NCBI RefSeq assembly: GCF_009914755.1
Contig: NC_060927.1
DNA: 64,000 bases
Source: the human T2T-CHM13v2.0 reference genome, Homo sapiens
Reading direction: 5' to 3' (one strand)
In this document: positions 1-14,250 of the stretch, piece after piece
How positions within the stretch are numbered: the stretch's first letter is position 1
How the letters are laid out: every line of letters starts with the position of its first letter
Notes under the pieces: generated by a model
What the model was told of the DNA's origin: nothing
The model's database searches: none
The model's input: only the letters and a program-made list of their open reading frames with translations
Translations under genes and position numbers: made by a program

Positions 1-99
1 AATTAGAATTTTGAAAATTCTAATTTTCATTATCTGCCGCTGAACCTAATAGAGTCCCTAAACTTAACATCTTTCTGATGAGATTCTTGGTAATATTAA

Positions 100-760
100 C
101 AATTGTGGTTTTTTAGTATGGTATAATGAAAAGTATCAACATTTGGAACATCTACAAATGACCATGCAGGATACTATAAAATCATGTATGGGTAAGAGAT
201 CCATTAAAAGGCAAGAAAGACAAATTGATTTTAATGTAACTGAGTATGAAAAGTTTATTGATACAGTTTTAGATTACATTTTGCAACTTAAGAAACTTAT
301 CTTGTCAGGTTTTAGAATAGTACCAAAGAAAAATATCACAATTATCTGAAAAGTCTATTATAATACTCCTTCTTTTTCTACCTACCTATCTTTGTGAGGC
401 CAGATTTTCTTTTTATACTTTAATTAAAACATTGCATTAGATTGCATACAAAAGCATATATGAGAATCCAGCTGGGTACTATGAAGCCAGACATTTAAAA
501 ATTTTTTTAAATGTGAAAGAATTTCACTCTTCTCACTAAATTTTTTAAATGCATTTTTTGTTTCATGAAATATGTTACTTATATTAACATGTCATAGTTT
601 GTTGCTTTTAAATGAATTAGTAAATATTTAAAATTTTTATTTTCCCTATTTCAATTTCTAATATCATTAGATGTAATTCACATAACTAAAAGCTCTTTGG
701 AGTCCTCAGTAATTTCTACAAGTGTAAAGGAGTCCTGAGACCAAAATTGAGAACTTCTGC
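100..760 (+). mobile_element. Charlie1-family hAT DNA transposon fragment (3' end)
   Basis: Ends AAAAGCTCTTTGGAGTCCTCAGTAATTTCTACAAGTGTAAAGGAGTCCTGAGACCAAAATTGAGAACTTCTG, resembling the Charlie1 3' terminus; lies in a PIK3CA intron. Confidence 0.65.
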
Positions 761-1088
761 CCTACAGTTTTATTTCGATGTCAATTAAACATCTTTAAAT
801 TAACACATATTTTTAAAATCATAAATGTTTGTAAAATTTTAATTGCCACAATAATTTTCTTAATTCTTTTCTGATAAAAATACAGTGCTTTCTCAGTTGA
901 AGGTTATAATAAATGATGACAGGTAATTTTGAGGATTATTCCAGGAGTATGTTTATCACACCATAAAAAAGAAAATTAAAATTGGGGAAAGGCAGTAAAG
1001 GTCATGCATGACAAATTTACTAATAAAATACTCATGTTTTAGCCTGTTAAAACATTTGCTATTTTAAAATTCCATCATTTAATTGTAA

Positions 1089-1280
<192 letters not shown>

Positions 1281-1736
1281 TGAGTTGTATTATTCTTTCT
1301 TCCTATGTTAATCTAAGTTTTTGTTAGATGAGTCTGTCGGTGTTTGTGTATTCCTCTGAGTTAGAACAGAGAAAACAATTGTACTTTCTATGGAAAAAAA
1401 TATGCTCAACCTTTGAAATATTTGATGTTAATGGATTTAAATGATTATAATTACTTTTAATTTGGTAAAATCTTAAACATTCATCTTATGTATTATCTAA
1501 AATGTATTGTTATTGCTTATTCTTTTTAAAACAAATGAATATTGCACATTCAAAATTTTATTTCTAATTCATTGTTAAAATGATTAGAAAAAAATAATTT
1601 TAATGACATGCTAAGTATTTTTTCACATGAAGAATTATGCTTTGGTCAGGGAACATCTGGAAATTTCCTTAGAAACCCATGAAAACTTCACAATCTCAAA
1701 ATCTTTGGACATAATTTCCTTATTCGTTGTCAGTGA

Positions 1737-1976
<240 letters not shown>

Positions 1977-2058
1977 TAAAATGTTTTGGTGTTCTTAATT
2001 TATTCAAGACATTTTGTATCTGCATATATCAAACTATAACATAATTTCTTATTTTTGA

Positions 2059-2214
<156 letters not shown>

Positions 2215-2309
2215 TGAGCTCGAGCAATTAAAAACACAAAATAAAGAGTTCTGGCTGCTCTATTAGAAACAATCAATATTTTTCAAGCAATTTCAAAATA
2301 ATAAATGTT

Positions 2310-2612
2310 GGCTGGGTGTGGTGGTTCATGCCTGTAATCCCAACTCTTTGGGAGGCCGAGGCTGGAGGATCACTTGAGCTCAGGAATTGAAACCAGCCTG
2401 GGTAACATAGAGAGAATTCATGTCTACAAAAAAATTTAAAAAGTAGCCAGGCGTGGTGGCATGCACTGTAGTCCCAGCTACTCAGGAGGCTGAGATGGGA
2501 GGATCACTTGAGCCCAGGAGGTTGAGGTTGCAGTGAGCCATTATCACGCCACTGTACTCCAACCTGGGCAACAGAGTGAGACCCTGTATCAAAATAAATA
2601 AAATGAAATAAT
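2310..2612 (+). mobile_element. Alu (AluJ-like)
   Basis: Dimeric Alu sequence with A-rich tail. Confidence 0.9.
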
Positions 2613-3467
2613 AGAAGTTCTTTTACCACTTCAGCAAAAACTATTTTTTGTTTGTTTTTTATTCTATCTTATTTCAATAGCTTTTGGGGTACACGTGGTT
2701 TTTGATTACATGGATGAATTAAATAGTGGTAAAGTCTGAGATTTTAGCGCACCTGTAACCCAAGTAGTGTGCTTTGCCCCCAGTATATACTTTTTTATCC
2801 CTCACTGTTCTTCCCACCGTCTCCCATCTGAGTCTCTGTAGTCCATTATATCACTCTGTATGCCTTTGTGTACCTATAGCTTAGCTCCCACTTACAAGTG
2901 AGAACATACTGTATTTTCAGGTTTTCCATTCCTGGCCTCCAGCTCCATCCCAGTTGCTGCAAAAGACATTATTTCATTCTTTTCTGTGGTGGAGTAGTAT
3001 TCTGTGGTGTATATGTACACTTTCTTTATCCACTCATTGGTCAGTGGGTACTTAACGTTGGTTTCATATCTTTGCAATTGTGAATTGTGCTGCAGTAAAC
3101 ATACGATATGCATGCAGATGCCTTTTTGATATAATGACTTCTTTTCCTCTGGGTAGAGGGATTCCTGGACCAAATGGTAGATCTACTTTTAGTTCTTTAA
3201 GAAATCTCCATACTGTTTTCCATAGAGGCTGTACTAATTTACATTCCCACCAGGAGTGTATAAGCATTCTCATTTCACCACATCCATGTCAACATCTGTT
3301 GTTTTTTGACTTTTTAATTATGGCCATTCTTGCAGGAGTAAGGTGGTATCTCATTGTGGTTTTAATTTGCATTTCCCTGATGATTAATGATGTTGAGCAT
3401 TTTTTCATGTTTGTTGACCATTTATATATCTTCTTTTGAGAATTGTCTATTCATGTCCTTAGCCCAC

Positions 3468-3778
3468 TTTTTTTTTTTTTTTTTTTTTTTTTTTTGAGAT
3501 GGAGTCTCACTCTTGTTGCCCAGGCTGGAGTACAATGGCATGATCTCAGCTCACCGCAACCTCCACCTCCTGGGTTCAAAGCAATTCTCCTGCCTCAGCC
3601 TCCCAAGTAGCTGGGACTACAGGCACATGCCACCACACACGGCTAATTTTTGAATTTTTAGTAGAGACGGGGTTTCACCATGTTGGTCAGGCTGGTCTTG
3701 AATTCCTGACCTCAGGTGATCCACCCGCCTCAGCCTCCCTAAGTGCTGGGATTACAGGCTTGAGCCACTGCATCCTGC
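3468..3778 (-). mobile_element. Alu (AluS-like) inserted in L1
   Basis: Poly-T then Alu reverse complement; TSD-like CCCACTTTTT on both sides. Confidence 0.92.
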
Positions 3779-4689
3779 TTTAACCCACTTTTTGATGGGA
3801 TTCTTTGTTTCTTGCTGATTTGAGTTCCTTATAGATTCTGGATATTAGTCCTTTGTCAGATGCATAGTTTGGGAATATTTTCTCCCATTCTACGGGTTGT
3901 CTGTTAACTTTGATGATTCTTTCTTTTGTTATGCAGAGGCTTTTTAGTTTAATTAGGTCCCATTTATTTTGTTTGTTTTTGTCGCATTTGCTTTTGGGGT
4001 CTTAGTCATTTATTATTTGCCTAGGCCAGTGTTTAAAAGAGTTTTTCCTAAGTTATCTTCTAGAATTTTTATGGTTTCAGGTCTTAGATTTAAGTCTTCG
4101 ATCCATCTTGAGTTGATTTTTGTATAAGGTGAGAGACAGGGATCCAGTTTCATTCTTTTACATGTGGCTAGCTAGTTTTCCCACCACCATTTATTAAACA
4201 GAATGTCCTTTCTCCAATTTATGTTTTTATATGTCTAAGATCAGTTCGTTGTAAGTTTTTGGCTTTATTTCTAGGTTCTCCATTCTGTTCCATTGGTCTG
4301 TGTGTCTGCTTTTGTGTGTATCTGCTGTTTTGGTAATTATAGTTTCCTGGTATAATTTGAAGTCCAGTAATGTGATGCCTCCAGATTTGTTCTTTTTGCT
4401 TAGTCTTGCTTTGGCTATTCAGACTCTTTTTGGTCGGTTTTATATGAATTTTAGGATTTTTTTTTCTAATTCTGTGAAAAATGATGGTGACAGTGTTTTG
4501 TAGTTTTCCTTGAAAAGATCTTTCACCCCCTTGGTTAAGTACATTCCTAGGTATTTTTTTGAAGCTAAAAGGGCTTGTGTTCTTAATTTGATTCTCAGCT
4601 TGGTTGTTGTTGGTGTATAGCAATGCTGCTGATTTGTGTACACTGATTTTGTAACCTGAGACTTTACTGAATTCATTTATCAAATCTAG

Positions 4690-5032
<343 letters not shown>

Positions 5033-5886
5033 TAGGTATATGATTATGTCATTGGTAAACAGCTATAGTTTGACTTCCTCTTTTCCAATTTGGATGCCAA
5101 TGTGGGCTTCCTTGTCTTGTTCTAGTTCTCAGGGGGAGTGCTTTCAGCTTTTCCCCATTCAGTATGATATTGGCCGTGGGTTTGTCACATGACTTTTATT
5201 ATTTTGAGGTAAGTCCCTTCTATGCCTAGTTTGTTGAGTGAAAAACTATTTTAATTTTTTTTTTTTGTATTTATTTGTGTGATGCTGTGAAGGAAAATGG
5301 AAAGGGAATACAATTTAATTTGTTGAGCTAATTAAGGCCTAAAAAGAAAGTAATCCTTAAACTTCATAACACATTAAAGGTTTTTATTTACTGAGCTTTA
5401 AATAGTTGGACTCCACCTCTATATTGACAAATAATGTATAGTGCTTAATACGACATTTTTTGGTCATACACTTTGAGGAAAGTCAGTCAACCATAATCAC
5501 CTTGTTTATTCATAACTTTTTTACCACCTTATGGTATCTCATTAGACTATATCAGACTTTAAAGTACTTTTTACAATCTTCTATAAAATTCTGCTTTGTC
5601 TACAACACAGTCCTGACTCTAGCTTAAGCACAAAAGGATTTAGTATGAACCAATTCATACATTTAATACTTATTAAACTCCTGACATGCCAGGCATTGTT
5701 GTAGGTGCTGGTAATAAAGCAGTTTTTAAAAAGTCCTTATTCTCTTGAAGTTTACATTCTAGTGGGGTAAAGGGAATCAAAAGATGTTGGTAAGAGAAGT
5801 GAGAGAGGAATGCTATTTTTTTATAGCTTTGTCTACGAAAGCCTCTCTAATTTTGTGACATTTGAGCAAAGACCTGAAGGTATTAA

Positions 5887-6201
<315 letters not shown>

Positions 6202-6333
6202 AAAGATAACTGAGAAAATGAAAGCTCACTCTGGATTCCACACTGCACTGTTAATAACTCTCAGCAGGCAAAGACCGATTGCATAGGAATTGCACAATCC
6301 ATGAACAGCATTAGAATTTACAGCAAGAACAGA

Positions 6334-6339
6334 AATAAA
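6334..6339 (+). terminator. Candidate proximal poly(A) signal AATAAA of PIK3CA
   Basis: AATAAA ~130 nt after the stop; another at 6802-6807; usage not shown by sequence. Confidence 0.4.
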
Positions 6340-9300
6340 ATACTATATAATTTAAATAATGTAAACGCAAACAGGGTTTGATAGCACTTAAACTAGTTCA
6401 TTTCAAAATTAAGCTTTAGAATAATGCGCAATTTCATGTTATGCCTTAAGTCCAAAAAGGTAAACTTTGAAGATTGTTTGTATCTTTTTTTAAAAAACAA
6501 AACAAAACAAAAATCCCCAAAATATATAGAAATGATGGAGAAGGAAAAAGTGATGGTTTTTTTTGTCTTGCAAATGTTCTATGTTTTGAAATGTGGACAC
6601 AACAAAGGCTGTTATTGCATTAGGTGTAAGTAAACTGGAGTTTATGTTAAATTACATTGATTGGAAAAGAATGAAAATTTCTTATTTTTCCATTGCTGTT
6701 CAATTTATAGTTTGAAGTGGGTTTTTGACTGCTTGTTTAATGAAGAAAAATGCTTGGGGTGGAAGGGACTCTTGAGATTTCACCAGAGACTTTTTCTTTT
6801 TAATAAATCAAACCTTTTGATGATTTGAGGTTTTATCTGCAGTTTTGGAAGCAGTCACAAATGAGACCTGTTATAAGGTGGTATTTTTTTTTTTCTTCTG
6901 GACAGTATTTAAAGGATCTTATTCTTATTTCCCAGGGAAATTCTGGGCTCCCACAAAGTAAAAAAAAAAAAAAATCATAGAAAAAGAATGAGCAGGAATA
7001 GTTCTTATTCCAGAATTGTACAGTATTCACCTTAAGTTGATTTTTTTTCTCCTTCTGCAATTGAACTGAATACATTTTTCATGCATGTTTTCCAGAAAAT
7101 AGAAGTATTAATGTTATTAAAAAGATTATTTTTTTTATTAAAGGCTATTTATATTATAGAAACTATCATTAATATATATTCTTTATTTACATGATCTGTC
7201 CCATAGTCATGCATTGTTTTGCACCCCAAATTTTTTATTGTTCATAGCAGCATGGTCAGCTTTCTTCTTGATCTATAGATGAGGCTCAGGCACTATCCCA
7301 TTTATACCAATAACCAGTGTATAACTACTTAAGGAAAACATAAAAACTTCATCTTCTTTCCTTTTATTTCTTATGTGAATCTCCCGTCTTCCATTCTCTT
7401 TTATAATTGAGAATGTCTCAATCATATGAAATTAGTTACCAGAATTAACACAATTTAGACTATCTTCCTGATTCCTTAAACCCCTTTACTGAAGTATACT
7501 CATGAATAATACTTTAAAATATGGGGGAATAGAAACCATGAACTTTTTACCTTTTTAAACTATTTATCCATATCTCCAAAGTAGAACATTAAACCATTTT
7601 AAGATATGTCTCATTCCCAAGTAGTCAGAGCTCACTCTCCAACTTTATTAAATACTATTTGAGCACAGGACACATTCTTAAACATTTTGAAAAACATTAA
7701 CCCAAGATGTAGAGGCTACTGCTAGTCGTCATTCTAGAATCTGATATTTTACTCTGTATTTGAAATGAATGATTAATGTCCTAGGAAATTAGCTTTAGCA
7801 GATGTCCAGGTGCCACATCAAAAAAGTGCAATAATTATTGACAGTTTTTTAGATTAGGCATATTATTGGAAAACAACTTTATAAAGAGTGAACATTGTAT
7901 ACTCTAGTAAAACAGCATCACTTTAAAAATATTCATTTATGAAATCTGTTACCTATAGTTGAAGTCTTGAGTAGTGAACAAGGGACTCTAATACCAATAC
8001 TCTTAATATCTGGCTATTTTAGATCCCTTAAAGGGCATAATTATTGGAAATTTAGGTATTTCACTAAAGCATGTATATAATATTGCCAACAAGAAAAGTA
8101 AATTTGAAGATTAAGGGAACTTACTTCTGCAAACTGTCTTGCGATAGTTAAGCAGAATTTAAACTCTGTTTTAAGCAGGAAACCAGAAAGATTATTTTGC
8201 AGTTGTAGAAGATTTCATAACTTATTAAAACTTATTAACATTTTGTGTTGTTTAGATATAGGCAGTTGATACATACTAACATCCCAGCCTTTTCAATATC
8301 AGGGTTAAATTATAGGAAAACTCAGTAAAATGGTACAAATCTGAAAGTTTGATGGTAGAAACTGAAGATTTAACAGAGAACTGTGTTTTACCCGAGTGCC
8401 AAAAATGCTGTGAGCCTCCTTGCACAAAATTTATACCACTTTTGCATTTTTATCTATCAGTCCAGATAGTTGTCTCCCCTCCTTCTCCCAGGACCTCTCC
8501 ACCATTAAAATGCACAAACCACATGGCCGATTTCACCATTTACATTTATTTTCAAAAGTTACTACAACCAAATTAATTCTATTAGAAGAAATGTAGACAA
8601 ATTCTATAAAGACTATAGATTGTGACCTAAGAAAGAAATGAGGCAAAGAACCAAACATTGAATTAAATGCTACATGGGTGACTAAGATCTGTTTCAAGTC
8701 AGTGATAATATAGCCACTTCTGGGTACTTCAGTATCAGAGATCAGTTCTCGTGGTTTAGACAGTTCCTATCTATAGCTGACTATCCTTGTCCTTGAATAT
8801 GGTGTAACTGACTATTGGCTCTACAGTTTTATTGGGCCACTTAAGAAATATTTCCTTGAATAATTATTTTGAGAAAAAGTCTAAAAGTAATAAAAATAAT
8901 TTTAAACACACTGTAGTAAGAAATGACTGTTGGAAAATTATGCTTTCACTTTCTACCATATTCTCAGCTATACAAAACCATTTATTTTGAAGATTTTTAG
9001 ACTACTGTTAATTTGAAATCTGTTACTCTTATTGTGGAATTTGTTTTTTTAAAAAAGATGTTTCTAATTGGATTTTTAAAAGAAGAATGGAATTTGGTTG
9101 CTATTTTACAATAGAACCTAAGCTTTTTGTGGTTCTTAGTGTCCTATGTAAAACTTAGTGTCAAAGTAATCAACTTTGAGATTTTCCCTTCTATTCTGCT
9201 TTATATTAAAAGCCCATTAGAAAATGGGAACCTGGTGAATATATAATGAATTGTAAAATATTTTAATGTGTAACTTTTTCAACTGTGAAACTGACTTGAT

Positions 9301-11832
9301 TTTTTGATGAAAACAGCTGCTGATAAAGTATTTTGTGTAAAGTGTAGTTCTTATTAATCAGGAAAATGATGACTTGATTAGACTGTATATGCCCTCTTGG
9401 ATTTTATTTTAAATGGATTGGTGACTTTCACATAGGTAAAACACAGTCCATCTGTATTCTTTTTTCCATCAAAAATCGAGTGATTTGGAATTATAAAAAA
9501 ATTGTGAGCAGCCTATTTGAAAGGCATCATGGAAATTTCACAGCACAATAACACGGATTTGTTTTTTCTTAATGATGTAAATCCGTTTAATTCATACTTT
9601 GATCAATAGCCCATGCTTGCCAACTCTGAAGAAATTTAATTTCCAGCAGTATTTTAAAGCTAGCCTGTTAACTTTTTCTGAATATTTAAAGTTCCTCTTT
9701 TTTCTATGTCTGCACAAACTGCAGACCTGGGCTGGACCCACATACTCAAGAGTCCACCTTAAGAAATTATTTTGATGTCCAAGACATCACTAAAATATTT
9801 AAGTTTAAAGATAATATGTGGTGTTAATAGATTGTGGTGCTTTTACTATTTAAAGACAACTTTCATACTTCAGATGTTTTTGAGAAGAGGGGAATGTGAG
9901 GGGAGGGGGCAGAACAGGGAGGAGTTGTTTGAATGAATTACATTCTTTATATCCATCCTGCTCATTTGGGGCATGTCTTTAAGAGAAGGCTGAAAGTTGT
10001 GAGAGTATATTGTATACCGTAAGAGAATCAACTCTTCATCATGGATGGGATTGTGAAGGCTGAACTATAAAATTCAGCATTGACAGCATCCTCAATTAAT
10101 AATTCTTGGTGACAGAATAATACAGCTGGGCTGTTTTTTAAAATATAAACAATACCATTTTTAATTATTACATTAAAAATTGTAAATATATCTATGTGCC
10201 ATGGCCTGGGAAGCCTGCTTTCTTTTTTCATAAAAATTATTTTTACTGTATGAAAAGATCATGGGGTTTAGCTCAAAATATCTGTGGTCCTGATAAAATT
10301 GGATTGGTAACTCTACCTCAGAAGGAAAATGGGAAAAAAAAATAGATGAGTCACAATTCAATACTTCAAGCTCAGAAACTGTGCAGATCACTGAATTTTA
10401 GATTTATAAAGTCAGAGTTGGCATGCCTTGTTTTTAATGATATGGAAGACCTTAAGAAAAAAACTTGGCTGAAGTTTAATCGTTGGTCCAGCCATTTGAA
10501 AAAGGCAATAGTTTGAGGAGGTTCCCGAATTCGGCATTTGAAATTCATTTTGTTCTCTCTTCTTCATTATTAGTGCATTTGGTGTGTGTATACTTGCACA
10601 CAATTCTGTTTGTGTACACACTGCTTGCTTAGCCCTAGTCAAGAGGCATCTTTTATAAAAGGTGTAAAGAAATATCAAGGTTCTAAAATTCGGAAGAGTT
10701 TAGAATTTATTAGGAGTTTCCCAAGTTGGGATGTTAGTCTTTAAATAAACTTCATGCACCTATTCCACTTAAGGTTTTGCACCTCCTTTTTATTAGTGCA
10801 GTGCCATTTCTTCTGCTTGATTTTAGGTATGTTAATATTCCAGCCTTGCTAGTTAGCATAAAGTGACAGGTGTGAGCCATGAGGAAATTTTCTGACTTAA
10901 TTTGTACACAACTACATATAAGAGTTTTAGTGGAGGAAAAAAATTAGTCCCTTGTGCGTATACAGTAGTTAGGTAAATGATTTTTCTACCAACAGTATAC
11001 TCCATTCCTCATGTAGGTAAGTACAGAAAAGGTTTTTAAATGTATTTTTTTAGCCAGTTAAAGTCTATGAATCTATCTGCAACCTTATTTAATCTGTCAC
11101 TATAATAATTTTGTGGTTATGCTAAGAACCATGTATACTTTTAGGTATTCTTATTTTTGTCAATTTTTCTAGGTTGGCAAGGAGGCAGAAAACCTTCATT
11201 GTTTCATATTAAAATATAATTAGACTAAACTTAATTCTAGTATGAATTTCCAAAATCATTATCTATTTATTTCATTTTTATTTAATTTTGTTTTTATTTC
11301 ATTTTTAAAAGTCCCTTGTTCAATTTAACTTATGTTCCTAAGAGAGGTTGGAGAACTTGGCCTTCATCTGATTTCAAAAATGTTTTGAGTTTCAAATGAA
11401 GTTAATGGTTTCAGTGTGATTCAGTCCTCAGACCTAATTGGGTTGAATAAAATCTAAAAGAATATACCCTTTTGGAGCATAACATTTTAATACCTTGGGG
11501 AATGTGGCACTACCAAAAGAAGACTACTAACACGTCAGATGTTCACCTGGAAGCTTTATCAAGAAATTCGAACCACCCTTTTGGCCCCATTAATTGTAGC
11601 AAGTTTATTTCTCTATATTTTGTCATTCAGTGAATTGAAGTCCTGTGGTATACTGCATTCATTAGAAGAAAAACGTTTTTAATGTCCTTTTAATGATGGC
11701 CCAGAAAGCATTTGACACAGCAAGATGCATGTGTTACTATATTGAGAATATAGAATAATAACAGTATCACTAAATTTAAGACCTCTTCCCAGTCTTGCTG
11801 TTCCTAGCAAGAAGTTTGGCCTGTGACTGCAC

Positions 11833-11901
11833 TTACTGTTTATGCTCATCAGAAACTGTCAATGTCTGCTTTTCTTTAACTCTGCAGTCTGTAACATCAC
11901 G
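11833..11901 (-). CDS. KCNMB3: KCNMB3 alternative last exon CDS (RDVTDCRVKEKQTLTVSDEHKQ*), truncated isoform lacking TM2, antisense to the PIK3CA 3' UTR
   Basis: - strand poly-U..AATAAACAG acceptor at 11902-11903; phase 0 matches the exon 16332-16530 donor; 62+192+199+69=522 nt = 173 aa; candidate AATAAA (-) at 11604-11609. Confidence 0.75.
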   Translation of the reverse strand, partial: RDVTDCRVKEKQTLTVSDEHKQ

Positions 11902-11907
11902 CTGTTT

Positions 11908-11913
11908 ATTAAA
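11908..11913 (+). terminator. Distal poly(A) signal ATTAAA of the long PIK3CA 3' UTR
   Basis: ATTAAA then CTTTTTGTGT downstream element. Confidence 0.65.
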
Positions 11914-13089
11914 AAAAAAAAGAAAAATTACTTTTTGTGTCCAAACAATCCTTAGTGTACTACATAAGCAAAAAACTGTGATAATTCTCTTTTGCCATTC
12001 CTTTTGAAAAGCAAGCCGGTGTTGCTAATAATCAAAATTTAGCTGAATTTGAGTTCTTTTCAGTAATGACTAAGAATACTTGATTGAAAATCTGAAACTA
12101 TTATACCTTAAAAGCCAATTTTTCTACCCCAGTAAAGTGATGAATATTAAAGGAATGTATGTTTAAATATTTACTTCCTTTAAGCATAAAGAATTATATG
12201 CTTGTATTTTAAGAAATATATGTATATACATATATGTATGAATGTATGTATGTATATGCAATAGGTAAGTAGACTTTTTTCCAAGTCGTTTGAAGATCAG
12301 AACCTAGAAATGAAGTTAGGCTAGAAGCAAACTGGTTTTGCTTTCAGTTCTCATAAACATTGCAAAAGGTAAGTGTGGGCTTTTCTTTGACCATTAATGC
12401 ACATAGGCATTAACAACTTAGTATTTCTGAGCAATTAAGCAAATAATTACTTAAATTTTATTTATTTGCCAAATGGTTTAAATAATTTTGAATTGACTTT
12501 GTTCTCCAGGGATAATCTCTCTCTTTGCTGGAATGAATCAGGTAGCTCCTATCTAAATGGAAAACTGTGGTAATTGAAACACACGCTTTATATTTTAAAT
12601 TAGCAGTTTTGAATTTGTTAGGGAAAAAAAAAATCCCAGCAACTGCATATTGTTAGGTAGAAGTCAAATTTACAAAAACGGAATAGAGATGTGCCCTTGA
12701 GAAAAGTGTAGAATCTCAATGTGCAGATGATTTAAAATGTGCGTGCACATCAAATGTTCATGTGTACTTACATACTTTATTACAGAGAAGTCTTTGGTAT
12801 ACAAAATAGTTTACCACAACCTTTTAAACAGCAGGTTCTGGGCCTTAAATGCGTATCACATTTAGCCAAGAGAACTCAGGTAGGGGCATGGAAAATGAAC
12901 TGCAGCTCCCTATCCCTAGCCTCTATACCAGCTGTCCAGTGAAAAGTACCAAGGCTCACTGAATGTTATAACCTAGCAGATTTTTAAATAAATGATCTAA
13001 CATTTTTGAGCACTGCTACTAGATGCTAGAAGCTAAGCTAAAGTTTCACCTGCCCTACTTTGCTTATTCCATAAAATAACAACTGCGTG

Positions 13090-13200
13090 AAAGAACGGGT
13101 TATCCCCATTTTATAGATGAGAAAAGAAAGGTTTACACAGGTTAGCTTATTTGCCCAAAGTTGTAATTATGGCCTACAAAGTCAAATAAATCCTACTCTG
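13090..13200. mobile_element. MIR fragment
   Basis: CCCCATTTTATAGATGAGAAAA...TTGCCCAAAGT MIR core. Confidence 0.6.
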
Positions 13201-13619
13201 AGACACATGTTCTTTCCACCATTGCACACTAGAAAGGAAAACACCAAGATTATTCATTACTCATCAAGTCAATATTGCTGTATTCAGCTAATTTAGTAAT
13301 ATGTGTCGAAATTAATTGCTAAAAGGGATTAAACTGACTTAGAATCAGTTTTTTGTTTGATTACATCTACATACAAAAGTAGCTTCAAATGTCTCATTCC
13401 ACTGTCCATAATTTAAGATTTTTGAGTATAATAAAATTTTAAAGATACTTTGAGGCACTTTGGAAAATCAGACCAAAATCTCTTTTCCACTCATAGATTC
13501 GGCTTAATCAACCTGGAAAGCATTTGTTGAGAGCCTTATGACATCATTTAATAACCATGGTTGATTCATTAATTAAAGTACAGACAATTGTTGACTATCC
13601 ATGTGGGACTTCTTTTCTA

Positions 13620-13701
13620 TTAGGTTGATGCAAAAATAATTGCGGTTTTTCGCCATTAAAAGTTAACAGCAAAAACTGGAATTACTTTTGCACCAGCCTA
13701 A
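13620..13701. mobile_element. MADE1 (Hsmar1-derived MITE)
   Basis: TTAGGTTGATGCAAAAATAATTGCGGTTTTT...AATTACTTTTGCACCAGCCTAA terminal inverted repeats flanked by TA. Confidence 0.9.
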
Positions 13702-13950
13702 TACGATGTGGATCATCTGAGATGAATGTTAAAATCCAGTATAGCTTCTTCATATTTCTGGCCCATTTTTCCCACCAGAAAGTGCACAAAGTGAAATGAG
13801 CTTATGAAAAGCTTAATTAACTAGAAAAATGTTACTGAAAGAAAAATTACATGGTACATGACAAGGCTAAATACTAGTAACTCTAAACTTAGTGAATTTT
13901 CTAGGCAGCAGCTTTCCTCTGCTGTCTAGACTGGTAAAGAACAAACTAAA

Positions 13951-14250
13951 GCCAAGCGCAGTGGCTCATGCCTGTATTCCCAGCACTTTGGGAGGCCAAG
14001 GCGGGCAAATCACCTGAGGTCAGGAGCTCAAGACCAGCCTGACCAACATGGTGAAACCCTGTCTACACTAAAAATACAAAAATTAGCTGGGCGTGGTGGT
14101 GCACACCTGTAATCCCAGCTACTTAGGAAGCTGAAGCAAGAGAATTGCTTGAACCCAGGAGGCAGAGGTCACAGTGAGCCAAGACTGTGCCACTGTGCTC
14201 CAGCCTGGGCGACGAGCAAAACTCCATCTCAAAAAGGAAAAAAAAAAAAA
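13951..14250 (+). mobile_element. Alu (AluS-like)
   Basis: Dimeric Alu with A tail. Confidence 0.92.

Larger units (their letters stand above)
6202..11930 (+). other. PIK3CA: PIK3CA long AU-rich 3' UTR
   Basis: Follows the stop codon; no recognisable Alu/L1 over ~5.7 kb; distal ATTAAA 11908-11913 followed by U/GU-rich sequence; exact end inferred. Confidence 0.8.
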
